62,519 nucleotides of DNA, filler included, from Pirum gemmata (GCA_002812295.1; 11 parts of 11 records of this genome joined end to end with filler, not necessarily neighbours in it), one strand, 5' to 3'. Numbered from the whole stretch's first letter, positions 13,229 through 26,479 are shown. A program made the numbers and translations. Notes: generated from the sequence alone by a model not told the origin.

Positions 13229-13566
13229 TAAAAAAAGTAATATTTTGTCCTTATTATAGCACTATTGCTATTACTTATATTTTCATTAATTACATTGTAT
13301 GTATTTTTGGCTTTTTTGGCCAAAAATGCCGCCGCTACTAAGCCCACTTGACTTTTCGCGGGGAACTGCTTGGCTCGTTTCCAGGTCAGTCGGCCTTAGT
13401 TTATCGTTTCCCCCCCTGGGTGGAATAGTATACAGTGTGTACCCCCTCGGCGTTGTGGTGGAAGGGAACATGAAAGGACGTTTTTGGACCCGCCCTTAGG
13501 TCTTTTTTTTTGAATTTTTGAATTTTTGAATTTTTGAATTTTTGAATTTTTTTTTTTTTTTTTTTT

Positions 13567-13601
<35 letters not shown>

Positions 13602-13743
13602 GTATCCATATCATATCATAGTATAATAGATAAAATACTTATAATACTCTTATAGTACTCTTATGATACTTATAATTATAATAGCGTATATTAATTATTA
13701 TTATGACTATCTCACCATAGCTCTAGCTAGCTAGTAGCTAGTA

Positions 13744-13915
13744 GGGAATCATCCATAAAGGACGTAACCTATTAAATCTTACCTATGCCTCTTTTGGTCA
13801 TAATTAATTTGTAAAGTTCATTTTAATAATTAATTACAGCCTAAAACAGTTTAAGTCACACTTACGAGCAATGACTTTTATCAAAGAGTAAGTGACGTCC
13901 TTTATGAATGTTCCC
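13744..13915 (+). mobile_element. PIF/Harbinger-like MITE family D
   Basis: GGGAATCATCCATAAAGGACGTAAC ... GTGACGTCCTTTATGAATGTTCCC inverted ends. The right ~105 bp recur at ~40012-40115. Confidence 0.75.
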
Positions 13916-15071
13916 TCTACTACTAGACGTAGACTCAAGGAATTCAAAAAAAATAATAATGAAGTCCATGATTCAATATATGTGTATATATATGTTAACT
14001 ATCAGTAGTCCATTCTACTAATTGGCATTGATCAGAAGTAATATTTTGTTGTTCAGCTAATATATATATATATATATATATATCGATAATAATATCATAA
14101 AAATATCCCTACAAAAACAGTTACAAAACCTTACTTGGTATATTCAGAATTTTATATACAGTATTGTAATAATGATCATATGGGATACATTTTCTCATAT
14201 TAATTAATTAAGAGAAAGCAATATTTTGAAAATAATAATACTACAAAATACGTTAATAAGAGATAATGGTGCTGCTTTATCTTTTTTATTTCTGGGGAAA
14301 GCGTACACTAGGTCATACAGAGATGGGCACCCCCGTGGAATCAATACATACGTGATGACAATATTAATGATAAGCAGGACGATGAAGATGATGATAATGA
14401 AGATGATCCAGAAGGATGATAACCAATATATATATAACCTCCTAACGGGTAATGTAGTATGTCGAATTTCTTGACTCTCATACCACGGACACATCGGTGT
14501 TGGAATTTAAATATAACTGATCGATATTGAGTTACTTACAATTAGGTACACATATCAAATTACTTACTAAACCAATTCGAGCGTAATAGATGTTTAATAA
14601 ATAATGGGGAATAAAAGAATCGTGTTCATACAAATTTCTAAAAACAACAGAAAACCAGTAATCAGCATTAGAAAACAGATATACATTCTTTTCTATTTGT
14701 TAGTTAATTATTTAATAGTATAGAAACAAGAGTTGCAATAATATTTATTATTTTTGAAATTTTCATAAACACCTTTTATAAGAATACAAACACAAATAAT
14801 GACTTGACATTGAACAACTGTCAAACATAGAAACAGAAAAAATAAAATAAACAAGATTATGATGAACTATGATGAATGTTATGATCTCAAAAAAAAAAAA
14901 AAAAAAAAAAAAATATAAAATTCTTTAAAAAATTTTTTTTTTTTTTTGTAAACAAATTATTACTTAATTATAACAATTTATTGCATTTTATTACCACTAT
15001 TATTCATTTATGCATTTATTAAACAAAAAGAAAATATCGTATTTAAAAAATAAAAATAATTAAAAAGCAAT

Positions 15072-15940
15072 TTAAAGGTTGAATATAGTTTTAACTCTAT
15101 CGTAAAGAACCAAAACCAAAGCGGAACCGACAGTACGTAAAGCATTTGCACCAGCACCTTTAAACAAAGCAGTAACACCTTCATCAACCATAACTTTTCT
15201 GAAACAATCAATAGTACCTTTATATAACCATTGCTCTTTTGGTTTTTCAGACTGCATTTGTAATCTACGACGAACAGTATCAATTGGGTACGAAGCGTAA
15301 CCAGCAGCGATAGCAGAAGTTTGGGCAACAGCAAATACAGAGACAACACCATTAATACCTTTATCTTTTTGGTAAGGGTTCAAACCAGCTAGAGTATCAA
15401 ACAAACCAAAGTACACACCTCTGTATGGGATAATACCACAAACAGAAATACCGAAACCGTTATAAAGACCCAATGGACCACTAGGACCTCTGGCAGTTTT
15501 AACCAAACAATCCCCTAAACCATTAAAGTCACGTTTTCCTGAACCAACATCAGAAGCAAGACGTGTTCTGGCGTAATCTAATGGGTAAACAATACATAGA
15601 GAACCGGCACCAGCCAAACCTCCAGAAGCAATATTAACTGCAAAAAATTTGCCAAAGTCTTCTTTTGGACTGTATTTAGGAAACAAAGCTTTGATGGAAT
15701 CTTTGAAAGCAAAGTTAAATGCTTGAGTAGGGAAGTAACGAATAACATTTGTAAAGTTTCCTCTCCAGAAAGCAGCAATACCTTGTTCAGCTTGTACACG
15801 AGAAAAACAGTTAACAATACCAGTGTATCTTGGTACTTCGCCAGAAATAATTTTTGGATTAGAATCTTGAGTTTGAATAATCAACTTAACACGCTCGATT
15901 GGAGCAGTTGCAGTTTTAGCAATAGCACCGGAAGCACCAC
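15072..15940 (-). CDS. AAC: Mitochondrial ADP/ATP carrier (last exon; 5' exon lost at contig end)
   Basis: The exon starts after an AG acceptor at 15941-15942 and reads GGASGAIAKTATAPIERVKLIIQTQD...FWRGNFTNVIRYFPTQAFNFAFKD...YPLDYARTRL...YPIDTVRRRLQMQ. It has three Px[DE]xx[KR] carrier motifs and the RRR signature. Confidence 0.97.
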
Positions 15941-16906
15941 CTATGTTTATTTAAAATAACAAATATAAGTAAGTTAAGGGCACAAGCACTGATGTATTGT
16001 TGTATTGTTGTATTGTTGTATTGTTGTATTGTTGTATTGTTGTATTGTTGTANNNNNNNNNNNNNNNNNNNNNNNNNNNNNNNNNNNNNNNNNNNNTTAA
16101 TTAATTAANNNNNNNNNNNNNNNNNNNNNNNNNNNNNNNNNNNNNNNNNNNNAAAAAAAAAAAATCAAATTCAATTATATATCAAAAATTTCCAGTCTGT
16201 CTACCAAATAAAAAAAATTGAATTGGCTGTGAACACTACCCATACTAACTATTGGCAAAAATAATGAAGTTGACGTCGACGGTACTATCATAATATCATT
16301 ATAATCATAATTATGCTCAAATATCATAATTACATTCCTCATCCTGAGGTTGAGTTTTATTTATTTATAAATGTGATTTATAATAATAATATGATAGTAA
16401 TGATTGTCTATATGTAGATGATAATATATATAATAATAATACGGTATCGTGCTTTTTCTAGCGTGCTTTTTCATTTATTTTGTCACTCTAAATGTTTATT
16501 TAGGGGGATTATAATCTTAAAATTGACATTTTTAAATCAATACATAGATGCTAAAATATACTAAAATTTTTTAATTAAATTAAATGGATTTATATTGTAT
16601 TTATTGATTTGGTACTATTTATTGTTTATTTTATGATGATAAAACAACTGAAAAGCACTATAAATGTTATACTATGTTATTAATCATACTCCCAAAAAGT
16701 CGAGTTTTCGAGCCTATGCATTAATTGAATAAGTTCGAAATTTTAAGCTAACAGTTTTAAGTATTCGAGTATATTTATTTATTTATCAAATTATAAACCC
16801 GAAAAAATGGAAAAAACAATTTTCGAAAACAGGGCTGAATTTGGGCTTTTTTTTTTTTTTTGACAGCAGAAAAGGCAGAAAAGTTGAGAAAACTTTTTTT
16901 TTCAAG

Positions 16907-17125
16907 ACAGCCAAGCCGGGTAAAACTAGCCAGTAAAAGTAGCTGTAAAACTGTAGAAATCATTTTTTTTTTTTTTTAAAAACCTTGTTTTTTAAAAAAA
17001 ACGGTGGTAACTAGCAAAATTATTTTTTAAAAATGGCCATTGGCTCATAATAGAGTTTTTATAGTTAGTTAATTTCTCAAAATTTGGTAGTACTTTATTT
17101 TTTTTTTTTTATCCGGTTTGGCTGT
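16907..17125 (+). mobile_element. MITE family H
   Basis: Inverted ends ACAGCCAAGCCGG / CCGGTTTGGCTGT. The internal block ...AAATTTGGTAGTACTTT recurs at ~61340-61436 and inverted at ~60603-60702. Confidence 0.6.
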
Positions 17126-17760
17126 TAAAAAAAAAAAAAAAGACTCTTGGTAGTTCTATGATAATATGTATAGAAACCGTAGTAGCATTTTGTTCTATCG
17201 ATAGTAAGAGAGCGTTCAAATACAGCTTCAAGTACCCCTACCTACCTACCCCTTGACGTTAATTTCCGGTAAAATAGCACCTACCTAAGCTAGCGTAGTG
17301 GTTATCCCCAGGTTTAACACATCATAAAATGTACAATAAATAGTAAATAGTACCAAATTGATACAATATAAATTCATTTAATTTAATTTGGTATGTTTTA
17401 CTATCTATGTATTGATTTAAAAATGACAATTTAAAGATTATAACCCTCTAAATAAATATTCAGAGTGACAAAATAAATGAAAGGCACGATATTATAAAAA
17501 TGCAAAGTTGATCTCCAAAGTTTTATCAATCTCCTAAATATTATAATTAAATTTAAATAAATTCATTCTTGGAAAGATTTTGAGAAAGATTTCATGAATA
17601 GTCTTGACTCTTGACTCTTCAGTAGGAAGGGAATGAAATTAATATTATATATTATTATCATTTTGATAATATAATATTAATAATAAAACTATAGTGATAT
17701 TTTTGGCTTCCATAAAATTATTTTCAAATTATTTGTATTTTTTTTTATTAATTAAATAGC

Positions 17761-17964
17761 TATCGTCTATTTCATTACAGTTGTTCTCTCAATCTTTAAT
17801 TTGGTACTATTTAAGTGTATAATTGAACTTTTTTATAAATTGCAACATTAAGAATAAAATACTAAATTAATTAAAACATGTCCGATAGTTTATTAACCAT
17901 TAATAATAATTTGGTAAGTTTATTTCAGTTTTTGAACTAGACAACACTATTGAAAAACACGATA
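17761..17964 (+). mobile_element. MITE family B (~200 bp, ends related to family A)
   Basis: TATCGTCTATTTCA ... TGAAAAACACGATA. Copies at ~38262-38458, ~645-822 (minus), ~6383-6522 (minus), ~61605-61745 (minus) and ~61915-62061. Confidence 0.8.
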
Positions 17965-18779
17965 TTTAATTTTAACATCATTACAATATTGATACTCTAT
18001 ATTTGAGTTTTCATTTACAATAAATAAGCTATTGCGCTACAAACGTTTAGAATCATAACAAATAATGATAAACGTTTTGAACAACAATAATAATAATAAT
18101 ATCCAACTTTTCTTATTTTTTGTAATATCTTAAATATGACATTAAAATATTACATAAATTAATAACCAAAAATGGTTTTTCGATTTTTAATTAAATAAAT
18201 TGTATCAAATAATCCATTAATTCAACTGTATTAGTGGTTTTTGCTTCGATTTAATTAAAAATTACGGAGACAAAATAATAAACTCACAGTTACTTACTGG
18301 AGTTAGAGATTCGATTTGATACTAGGCTATTTTTGAAGATTCGATTTTAGATTAACCAATTTTTGTTGGAACCGAATTATTTTTGGATGTGTTTAGAGTA
18401 TATATATTACACCCAATGGTTCTCGTCCTAGAAGACGTTATTCTGAAAGGAATCGTAACGATTTACGATCATACATGGATTTAATGATGATATATAATAT
18501 AAACGGAAGGTCCACTAGGTTCACATAATATATAATATTATAATACAGTATTGATTGTACGGTATTGATTGTACTACGCGTACGATTACGATTAAGCATA
18601 TTTAGCATACTACCTGCAAATTCATAACTTATTCTTTGAATTATTATCTTAAAATAATGCTAACCATAATGCTATTAATTTTAACCATAATGCTATTAAT
18701 TTTAATTAATAATATAATTGAATTGGTTTGGTGGTTTTTTGCTTCTATTTAAATTGCGAAGACAAAATAAATGAAACTT

Positions 18780-19200
18780 AGCAAACCGCATGTGAATGAT
18801 AATATTGTATCTGATGTTTAAAAAAGAAATGAAAATATTACCATGTTGTAATACACTCTTCTATTCGTTCATCTACGATAGTAAATTTAAACGAATTGTT
18901 TTTTAACTACGTAGACACTCACAGCCACTCGTAAACTTCATCGTATGGCATGTATCTGTAATAATAAAGCACTATCAGACTTAATTATGTTATTTTATGT
19001 ATTTTTATATTAAAAAATTATAATCTTCTTTCATAATTTAACTATATTATGTAGTAATAATATGATATTTATCAATACAGTAAAAAGAAAAAAATAGATT
19101 TCGACAGTAGCTCGAAGAACATTGTCGGATCAATTGACAGTAGCGTCTCATAATTCTCTTCGCAAAAATTAGTTACATTATTTTCAGTTTCCTCCAAATT
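18780..19200 (-). pseudogene. Possible decayed coding fragment (BACK-domain-like?)
   Basis: Minus-strand pieces EETENNVTNFCEENYETLLSIDPTMFFELLSKS and YMPYDEVYEWL* with in-frame stops. The resemblance is by eye only. Confidence 0.2.
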
Positions 19201-20388
19201 CTACCCATGACGTTGTTATTCGTTTGAAAACTTGATCATATGATCATAAGTAATTAATAAGTTTGAAAGTGCTTTTTTTTTTGTTTTTTTTTCAGGAGAG
19301 GTTATTTTATTTTATTTTATTTTTTTGTGGGGGAAAAGAAAAAGAAAAAAAAAAGTCTGAAAGTGACGTCAATTTTTGGACGTCAATTTTTATTTCACCA
19401 CAAAAGTTGTATTGATCAAATCAAAAAGACACAGATTTACAACATCATAGGATATTAACCAAATAAGGTTATTTTTTTATTATTTTTTATATATATTTTG
19501 AAAGCTGTAAAAAATACTAGTAAAAAATACTAAAAAATCGTACAGCAAAATTGATACTTTATTCAAAAAAGGCAAAACTTTGGGAAAAGACTCCAAAAAG
19601 CCCTTTCCCTCTTTATTATTGGCTAATAAATAATAAGAATGTCATGTCCAAGCCAATTCCTCTATGATGATTCGTGTGATGAAAATTTGTGAAAAGGCTT
19701 AGTATGAGTCAGAAAAGTGTTAGAAAACCCTAAAGTTTAGAAAAACTGAAAGAGCTCACGGATTGGCTTGTAGAAAAACGAATGACGTAAGTTATTAGTA
19801 AAAATGGACCCTTCTAGCTAGCTAGACTAGCTATAGAGTAGTAGTCTCGACTCTACTACTAGCTAGCTAGTAGTAGAAGAACAGTTACAACTGTTACAAC
19901 TCAGTAAAAGTATTTACTTAGACTTAGACTATGATGTAAAAAAAAAAAAATAGAACTTGGTCAAATTTGGTTTGGACCAAATTATGGATTATTCTAGGTG
20001 TATCAGTGGTCGCTGGTCAGCGGTTAAGTTTAATAGATTAATTAATGCGTGCTCCCCCCAGAGTGGGCAACTTCCACTTCATTCACGCTGCTACTTATGA
20101 TAAGTATGTACTTATTTTTTAGAATCTTAAGTATAATCATACTACATACAAAAATCCCCAATTATATATAATCATACATCTATTAATATAGTGAGAGTTA
20201 TTAGAATTTTAAGTATAATCATACTACATAAAAAAAACCCCAATTATATTAAAATTTTAGTCATACATCTATTGTGAGAGTTATTTTCTTCAAGTTGCAA
20301 TCGTGGCCATACAGACGTAATCTCTATAAAATATTGTATAATGTGGTATAATATTAAAAAATACTTTCTTTTTATGTTTTTAAATTTT

Positions 20389-20573
20389 TAAAATCAAAAT
20401 TGAATCAACTAAAGTATATAAAATATAGTGAGGATTAATAAGGACTGTTAATTAAGGGATAAGGTTAGAACAACATTAACCTTAACTAGTCTTAACCTTA
20501 ACCTTCAACCCTAACCTTACCCCTTAATCCTCACTATATTTAATATATTTTAGTTGATTCAATTTTGATTTTA
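20389..20573. mobile_element. Hairpin MITE with ~50-bp TIRs and telomere-like core
   Basis: TAAAATCAAAATTGAATCAACTAAAGTATATAAAATATAGTGAGGATTAA is inverted at 20524-20573. The core contains AACCTT/AACCCT units. Confidence 0.8.
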
Positions 20574-21541
20574 GTGTTAGTATTGTGTACTAAGTGTTAG
20601 TAGTGTTAGTGTTAGTGTTAGTTTGGCATTAGTGTTTGTGTGTTTGTTTTTGCATTAGTTGTGTTAGTATTACTATTAATATTAGTATTCGTATTAGTGT
20701 TAGTGTATGAGGCCTACCAGTAGGTAGGTGCAGCTGTAGTAATGTTAAAATAAGGTAAGAAAAATGGTGACGTAGAAATAGTGACGTAGAAATAGTGACG
20801 TCCCAGTTTTTGGATCATATCAATTTGTTTCGTAAAAAAAAAAAAAAAACGAAAAAACAAGTTTTATATTATATAATGTTATTTTTAATTTTATTCTTGC
20901 TCTTATTGTTAGTTTATATTTTTTTCTTTTTCTTTTCTTTTTTGTTATTTCTTTTCTTTCTTTAAATTTGATCTCTTTTTTTTTGCTTTTTTATGTACTT
21001 GGGCAATATACAACTAAATCATAATACAACTACTCTTTTAATTATCTATAACTTGATTGTTATTACTACCGTTTCTTTATGCAACACTTTAATTTAATTT
21101 GTTTTTATTATTATAATATTATATTCAATTATAATTTCAACTCATTTTTTTTGCTTGGGTCGTTACTATGATACTAATACAATTTCAGTAAGTAATATAT
21201 ACTATTATATTAATAGGCATTAACTTTTTTAAAAAGTGTTTTAGCTTTTTAATTTCAAATAGCACAACAGCATTGAAAAATAGCGAATGATTTCTCACAA
21301 ATTAAAAACAATGCTGATTTTTTCATAAAATATGTGCTGTCAATCATAACGATAAAATAAAATGTAAGTGATTTTTTCAATCATGATTTTTATGATCCTA
21401 ATAGTTCCTAATTAAAAATTGCGATCAAAATTGAAAAAAAANNNNNNNNNNNNNNNNNNNNNNNNNNNNNNNNNNNNNNNNNNNNTTAATTAATTAANNN
21501 NNNNNNNNNNNNNNNNNNNNNNNNNNNNNNNNNNNNNNNNN

Positions 21542-21815
21542 TAACCCAGATCTAGTAGTAGCTATTGATTTTTAACGTAACGTTACATTTTTTTTGTAAC
21601 GTTACATTTTTTTTTGTAACGTTACATTTTTTAAACAGCAAAAAAACCAAAAAAAAAAAAAACAAAAAAAGAACTCCCAAAAAATTAACCCAGATCTAGT
21701 AGTAGCTATTGATTTTTAACGTAACGTTACATTTTTTTTGTAACGTTACATTTTTTTTTGTAACGTTACATTTTGTAAACAGCAAAAAAACCAAAAAAAA
21801 AACGCCCCAAAAAAT
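21542..21815 (+). repeat. Tandem ~145-bp duplication with palindromic TGTAACGTTACA units
   Basis: Two near-identical copies start TAACCCAGATCTAG at 21542 and ~21686. Confidence 0.9.
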
Positions 21816-22639
21816 AACCTAGCTAGAGATCCCTACAGTAGCTACTAGCTAGTAGATCATCGAATCTTGTCTCTAGTTAGCTAGCTAGTAGGTGGATGGT
21901 ATTCATCTGTTTTTTTGAGCACTTGATTGGAAGTTGATCCAATGATCCTAGGCACTTGATCTTTTCCCCAAAAGATAACCGGTGATAACCTAGTAGCTAG
22001 CTAGAGATCCCTACAGTAGCTAGTAGGTCATCGCATCTTGTCTCAGTAGGCGGATGGTATATGGTATTCAACTCCATTATTTTTATCACCAATATTATTA
22101 TTATTATTATTTAAAATAAGAAAAATCAATAATTATAATAATGAAATAATAAATTTCACTTTTTAAATATACATTGAAATACACTCCAGAAAAACTAAAA
22201 AAAACAAATGCAATGAATTATATTAATAATTAAAACAAATTTAAACGATACAATTATAATAAAATATTATAATAAAATGCAGCATAATAAAGAAACTATT
22301 AAGACAATGTAATGTAATGTGTTACAAATTCAATTGGAAATAACATATAAACTTGAGCAGCTCTTGAGCTAAATGTAGTTAAACAATACAATAAAAACAC
22401 TATAATATACAATACAATTAATATAATATAATAAAAAGCAAAAATACACTTTTTTAAAAAAATTAAATTAAATATAATACATTACACTTTAAAAAAATTA
22501 GAAAAACTGGAGTCTATTACAATTAAAACAAACAATATAATATGTAATTATAATATAAATTAATAAAATGCAACAATAGAATACAATAAAATAGAATAAT
22601 GCAATAAAATATATAATATTACAATTCAATACAATATAT

Positions 22640-25190
22640 TACAATACAATGCAATATAATACAATACAATACAATACAAGACAAGACAAGACAAGACAAG
22701 ACAAGAAAATAAAACACAATACAGTACAATATAGTATATCACATTACCCTGTAATTAATATACAACAACAACCATAAAAAAAATGAAAAATAGAAACCTT
22801 ACAGGTAAGCTGGTCGTTGGAGCTGTAGCTAGGCACTGTTTGTATTGATATATAATAGAAAGTTACTATTTTTTTTTTCAATCCTAATAAATTAGATTAT
22901 GTTATATCACTTTTTTTTACCACCTTTTTTTTTACCACTTTTTTTTTACCGCTTTTTTTTTGCCGCTTTTTTTTACCGCTTTTTTTTACCACTTTTTTTT
23001 ACTGCCTGCTTCTTTTTTGTAAACTGCTTGTTTTTTGCTGCTTGTTTTTTACTGCTTGTTTTTTCTATTAGACCTCGGACTAGCTAGCTAGCTAGTGCAT
23101 TGTTTTAAAACCGCCCCTATTATTCAATTTTTGGCTCAACCTGGCAACTTTTCACATAAAGTATATATATTATATCATTAGACTTTTATTTTTTTTCACG
23201 ATAATTATTTTTATTATTAAATAAATACATTTGGTTTATACATAATAATATTATGTATGAAAAAGTAAATGTCTATTACTTATAAATAAATTATTCTGAT
23301 TACTTATTGCATAACACAATATATAATTAGGGGATAGTTTTTTTATAGAAAGTATAAACAAAATGTTCACAATACAATATTAATATAATATAATATATTA
23401 TTACACTACACTACAACACAATACAATACAATACAATACAATACAATACAATATATAATATAATATAATATAATATAATACAATATAATTAATTACTATA
23501 ATATAATACAATATAATACAATATAATATTAATACAATACAATACAATACAACACAATACAATACAATACAATACAATACAATACAATATACTACAATAC
23601 AATACAATACGCTACAATAAATACAATACAATGTATTACAATACAACACAACACAATACAACACAATATATTACAACACAATACAATACAATACAATACA
23701 ATACAATACAACATAACACAATACAATACAGTACAATACAATAAAGTGTAATATAACACAATGCAATACAATACGTCACATTACTCCTGTGACATATAAA
23801 AATGAAAATAGAAACCAACAAAGTCTTAGTTTACTAATAATAAACACAAAGAAACCAGGACACTGATTACAGTCTGATCCCTACCTACCTACATTAGTTA
23901 CATTACACTCCTACTAGCTAGCTAGCTACTGTACTGTTTTCCAATTGAGCATTTTGTAAAATGATAGGGCATTCAGCAAGCGCGTCACTTAATGTTTGAT
24001 GACGTACTTTTTTTTCTTACGTCATACCTTACTGTCATATCTTACTGTCATACCTTATCCTGCTACAGTTAACTTTCGGTAGCTGGGAATCAGTAGCTAC
24101 AGGTGTTCGAAATGTATTTGTTGGGTAGTTGTAGGCTCGTAAAAAAAAAAAAAGTAAAAAATGAGTGTACTATCTATCAAATAAGGTAATTATTTTTGCG
24201 TGCTAGGTCTATAGGAATTTTTTTAGCTTTTATGATATCATAATATAGTCATAATATATAATTTATAAAAATAATCTTTTTTCACTATTGGCGCCTGGTA
24301 GACTAGCTAGCTAGCTAGCTAGTAGTCTACTAGTAGCTATAGCTAGAGACTGCTAGCTAGCTAGAGGTAGTTTTAGTTAGAGAGGTCTACTTCTACAGTA
24401 GCTACTGTAGCTAGCTAGCTAGTATCATAATAGTCTACAGTAGCTAGCTAGCTAGTATCATAATAGTCTATCATAATATCATAGCTACAGTAGCTAGCTA
24501 GTATCATAATAATATCATAGCTACAGTAGTTAGCTACTGTATATATGTATCGATAGCTAAAAATGAGTTAAAAATGATATGACATAAAGTATCGATAGCT
24601 AAAAATGATAATAATAGCTAAAAATGATAAAGTAGCTAATAAAAGAAGGGGTACCTGTGTACTAGCTAGCTAGCTAGCTAGCTAGTAGTATCTACAGTAG
24701 CTAGCAGTCTACATTATTTTTTTTCACACCTTGCAGTTCCTTTGCACACCTACATATAAAATTCATTCTCATAATATGTATAAATATAGTCATCTTTTTT
24801 TTATTTCTTTGTTACAAATAATGTAAATTACGTGTTTAAAAAAAAAAAACGAAGTATGTATGATGTCACAATAAAACTCAGCACAAAGAAATATGATAAT
24901 ACAATAACTTCACATTATGCAATAAAATACAATAATAATAAACAATACAATACAATATCATACAATACAAAACAATTACTAGTACATATACATCCCACAA
25001 TAAAACTCAACATAACGGGATATGATACAATACAACAACTAAAATATTAATAATAATCACTATGCCACAATACAATACAATACAATATTATATAATATAA
25101 TACAATACAATACAATACAATACAGTAGGGTATAGTACAGTACAATACAGTACAATATAGTGCAATACAATACTACAATACAATATTATA
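22640..25190. repeat. (CAATA)n and (TAGC)n microsatellite fields
   Basis: CAATA runs at ~22640-22740, 23400-23775 and 25065-25190. TAGC runs at ~24300-24710. Confidence 0.9.
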
Positions 25191-25362
25191 ATATATATGA
25201 AATATAATGCTTTACTCCTTTACTTGACGGCTTTCTTGATTATTACGATGAGCGTGTTTGTCATTTTCCAAGCGTATGGCAGATTGATTTCATCATTAAA
25301 ATCTATTTACATAATATAATACTATCACTATTAATAATCCTAATACTAATACTAATAATAAC

Positions 25363-25396
<34 letters not shown>

Positions 25397-25531
25397 TTAA
25401 TAATAATAATAATAAATTAATTTTTTTAATGTTTATTACATTACTTTTAATTCAAGTTTTTAACTTATTTTTCATTTGTATAATTATATATAGTTTTCAT
25501 ACACGATTTAGGCGAGGAAAGATTACAAGTT

Positions 25532-26479
25532 ATGATTGAATTTACGAAAAACATTACTAATAATTTTATTTTCGGAGAAGAAAATTTTCGAGTTGGTATT
25601 TCCCGATTTTGGAGTGATTTTGAGAAAAACTTAGATTTAACTTCTTCAAAACAAGTCTATGAAGATGCCATTGATAGATTGGCGTTCCCTTTCAATGTAG
25701 GTGGTACCAAAATAGGAGGAGCTATGGAATTCACTCGCGATAATCTATTTAGCAATAGAAGAAATGACAATGCTAATACCAATAAAATCATTGTTATATT
25801 TAGTGATGGAGAAACAGAGCAATCCGATAAAGCTAAATTAGCATCCATATCAAACGTTCTAGCCCAAGAAGGTTATACTATTTTTGCTGTGGCAATTGGA
25901 GAAGTGAACACTTTTGATTTAACAGAGCTAGAAAATTTAACCAAAGATCCAAAAAAAGTTTTAGATGTTTCTGCTTTCAATCAATTACATAATTATTTCG
26001 TACATTTGACTGAGGAAATATGTACTGTTGGTTGTGACTATTCTGATTGGGCTGAAGGGGAATGTGCTTATGATAGTGAAGAATGTACGGAAGGTATTTC
26101 GTCTGTCACTGGTACCCGTAAATCCACTAGAAATCTTATTAAAGGTAACTATTACAACAATTGCACTGATTTAGAAAGAAGCTCCCCATGTCAAATCGCG
26201 TGCAAATGTGTTGAAGATAACACATGTACACCAAGCAAAATTGTGTCAGAAGGCGATAATGGTGATAATAAGAAGGTTATATGGCCTTACATTGTAGGAG
26301 GAGTAGTTGGCGGAGCTGCTCTGATTGCTGCTGCAGTTGGTGCGGCTTATTACTTTCATAACAAAGAGCCAGACATGACCAGTCCAGAGAATCCTTCAGA
26401 TGCACAAATGAATCATAATGACCAGAGTCCAATATATGAAGGCGATACAAACGTTGTTGATAACCAAGTCTATTCATGA
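25532..26479 (+). CDS. Type I membrane adhesin: vWA (I-domain) + TSP1-like repeat + TM + short acidic tail (5' exon(s) unresolved)
   Basis: vWA motifs RVGISRF, GGTKIGGAM, IVIFSDG and IFAVAIG; TSR-like CDYSDWAEGEC...GTRKSTR...C...C...C; TM IWPYIVGGVVGGAALIAAAVGAAYYF; tail with SPIY and NQVY. Candidate acceptors at 25492-25493 or 25510-25511. A signal-peptide-like ORF starts at 25197 (MKYNALLLYLTAFLIIT). Confidence 0.85.
   Translation: MIEFTKNITNNFIFGEENFRVGISRFWSDFEKNLDLTSSKQVYEDAIDRLAFPFNVGGTKIGGAMEFTRDNLFSNRRNDNANTNKIIVIFSDGETEQSDKAKLASISNVLAQEGYTIFAVAIGEVNTFDLTELENLTKDPKKVLDVSAFNQLHNYFVHLTEEICTVGCDYSDWAEGECAYDSEECTEGISSVTGTRKSTRNLIKGNYYNNCTDLERSSPCQIACKCVEDNTCTPSKIVSEGDNGDNKKVIWPYIVGGVVGGAALIAAAVGAAYYFHNKEPDMTSPENPSDAQMNHNDQSPIYEGDTNVVDNQVYS

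Noticed and set aside
12500..13341. Poly-Ile, Met/Ile and Asp/Asn ORFs
   Set aside because: Microsatellite translations open in several frames. The same applies to ORFs at 2567-3130, 23401-23821, 34420-34914, 37243-37490 and 42001-42572.
14204..14700. ORFs of 82-96 aa downstream of AAC
   Set aside because: No recognisable domain, and partly GAT repeat.
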